Made by a program: the position numbers and the translations under genes. Positions 63,715 through 64,000 of a stretch of DNA of 64,000 bases are shown here, piece after piece (the stretch's first letter is position 1; every line of letters begins with the position of its first letter). Source of the DNA: an uncultured Acidobacteriota bacterium (lineage in GTDB: Bacteria > Acidobacteriota > Vicinamibacteria > Vicinamibacterales > SCN-69-37); the NCBI GenBank assembly GCA_963793255.1, contig CAWBZK010000007.1, forward strand, positions 42,609 to 106,608. Direction: 5' to 3'. The notes below the pieces were generated by a model. The model searched no databases and had not been told where the DNA came from. It saw nothing but the letters and a program-made list of their open reading frames with translations.

Positions 63715-64000
63715 GTGAAGAAATTTGTTGGCCTCGCGTTGCTGGTCCTGCTCGCGGCAGGCGGTGTCTATTTCTTCTTTTTCCTGGCCGCCCAGTTCGA
63801 GGCGCGTACCAATATCGCGTTCCATGCGCCGCCCTACCAGGCGTCGGCCAAAGCCCGTGAGCTGCACAAGCAGTTGTTCGTTGCCGATCTCCATGCCGAC
63901 ACGCTCTTGTGGGATCGGGACCTTTTGACGCGCACAGCGAACGGGCATGTGGACGTTCCGCGATTGATCGAGGGTAACGTCGCCTTACAGGCCTTCACGA
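63715..64000 (+). CDS. Membrane dipeptidase (peptidase M19), 3' end outside the window
   Basis: Translated from GTG 63715: MKKFVGLALLVLLAAGG..VADLHADTLLW..GHVDVPRLIEGNVALQAFT. Confidence 0.85.
   Translation, partial: MKKFVGLALLVLLAAGGVYFFFFLAAQFEARTNIAFHAPPYQASAKARELHKQLFVADLHADTLLWDRDLLTRTANGHVDVPRLIEGNVALQAFT

Overview
High-GC chromosomal window with about 50 protein-coding genes. Gene content and the intergenic repeat types suggest Acidobacteriota, probably Vicinamibacterales-like (inference). Many genes, including housekeeping ones (nrdJ, accC, pckG, xerC, tamAB), are broken by single-base indels, which looks like uncorrected long-read error, so I merged the ORF fragments into whole genes. 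In order: amidase, rpmE, a YprB/YprA (MrfB/MrfA-type) exonuclease-helicase pair, an amino-acid symporter, SDR, FKBP, SYLF protein, and a MerT-like/CxxC-thioredoxin/K+ channel operon. Then class II RNR with two NrdR boxes, an 11-kb envelope glycosylation cluster, SurA-like/TamA/TamB, a sugar ABC transporter, pckG-accB-accC-pccB-tal, an FN3 lipoprotein and hslUV. The window ends with a regulatory block (sigma54-driven Tyr/Gly-rich PEGA protein, ECF sigma operon, HTH-REC fusion, ABC-F, sigma54 two-component system), xerC-trmFO, an HpcH aldolase, a Tat-exported putative glycoside hydrolase and a dipeptidase. I found no rRNA, tRNA, CRISPR array, transposase or phage gene, and no clear-cut novel system. 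The most notable sequence-level signals are (i) at least ten genes with a TANNNT -10 hexamer 6-9 nt before the start codon and no SD, implying widespread leaderless transcription, and (ii) several families of long intergenic hairpins and heptamer repeats, some of which encode protein termini.
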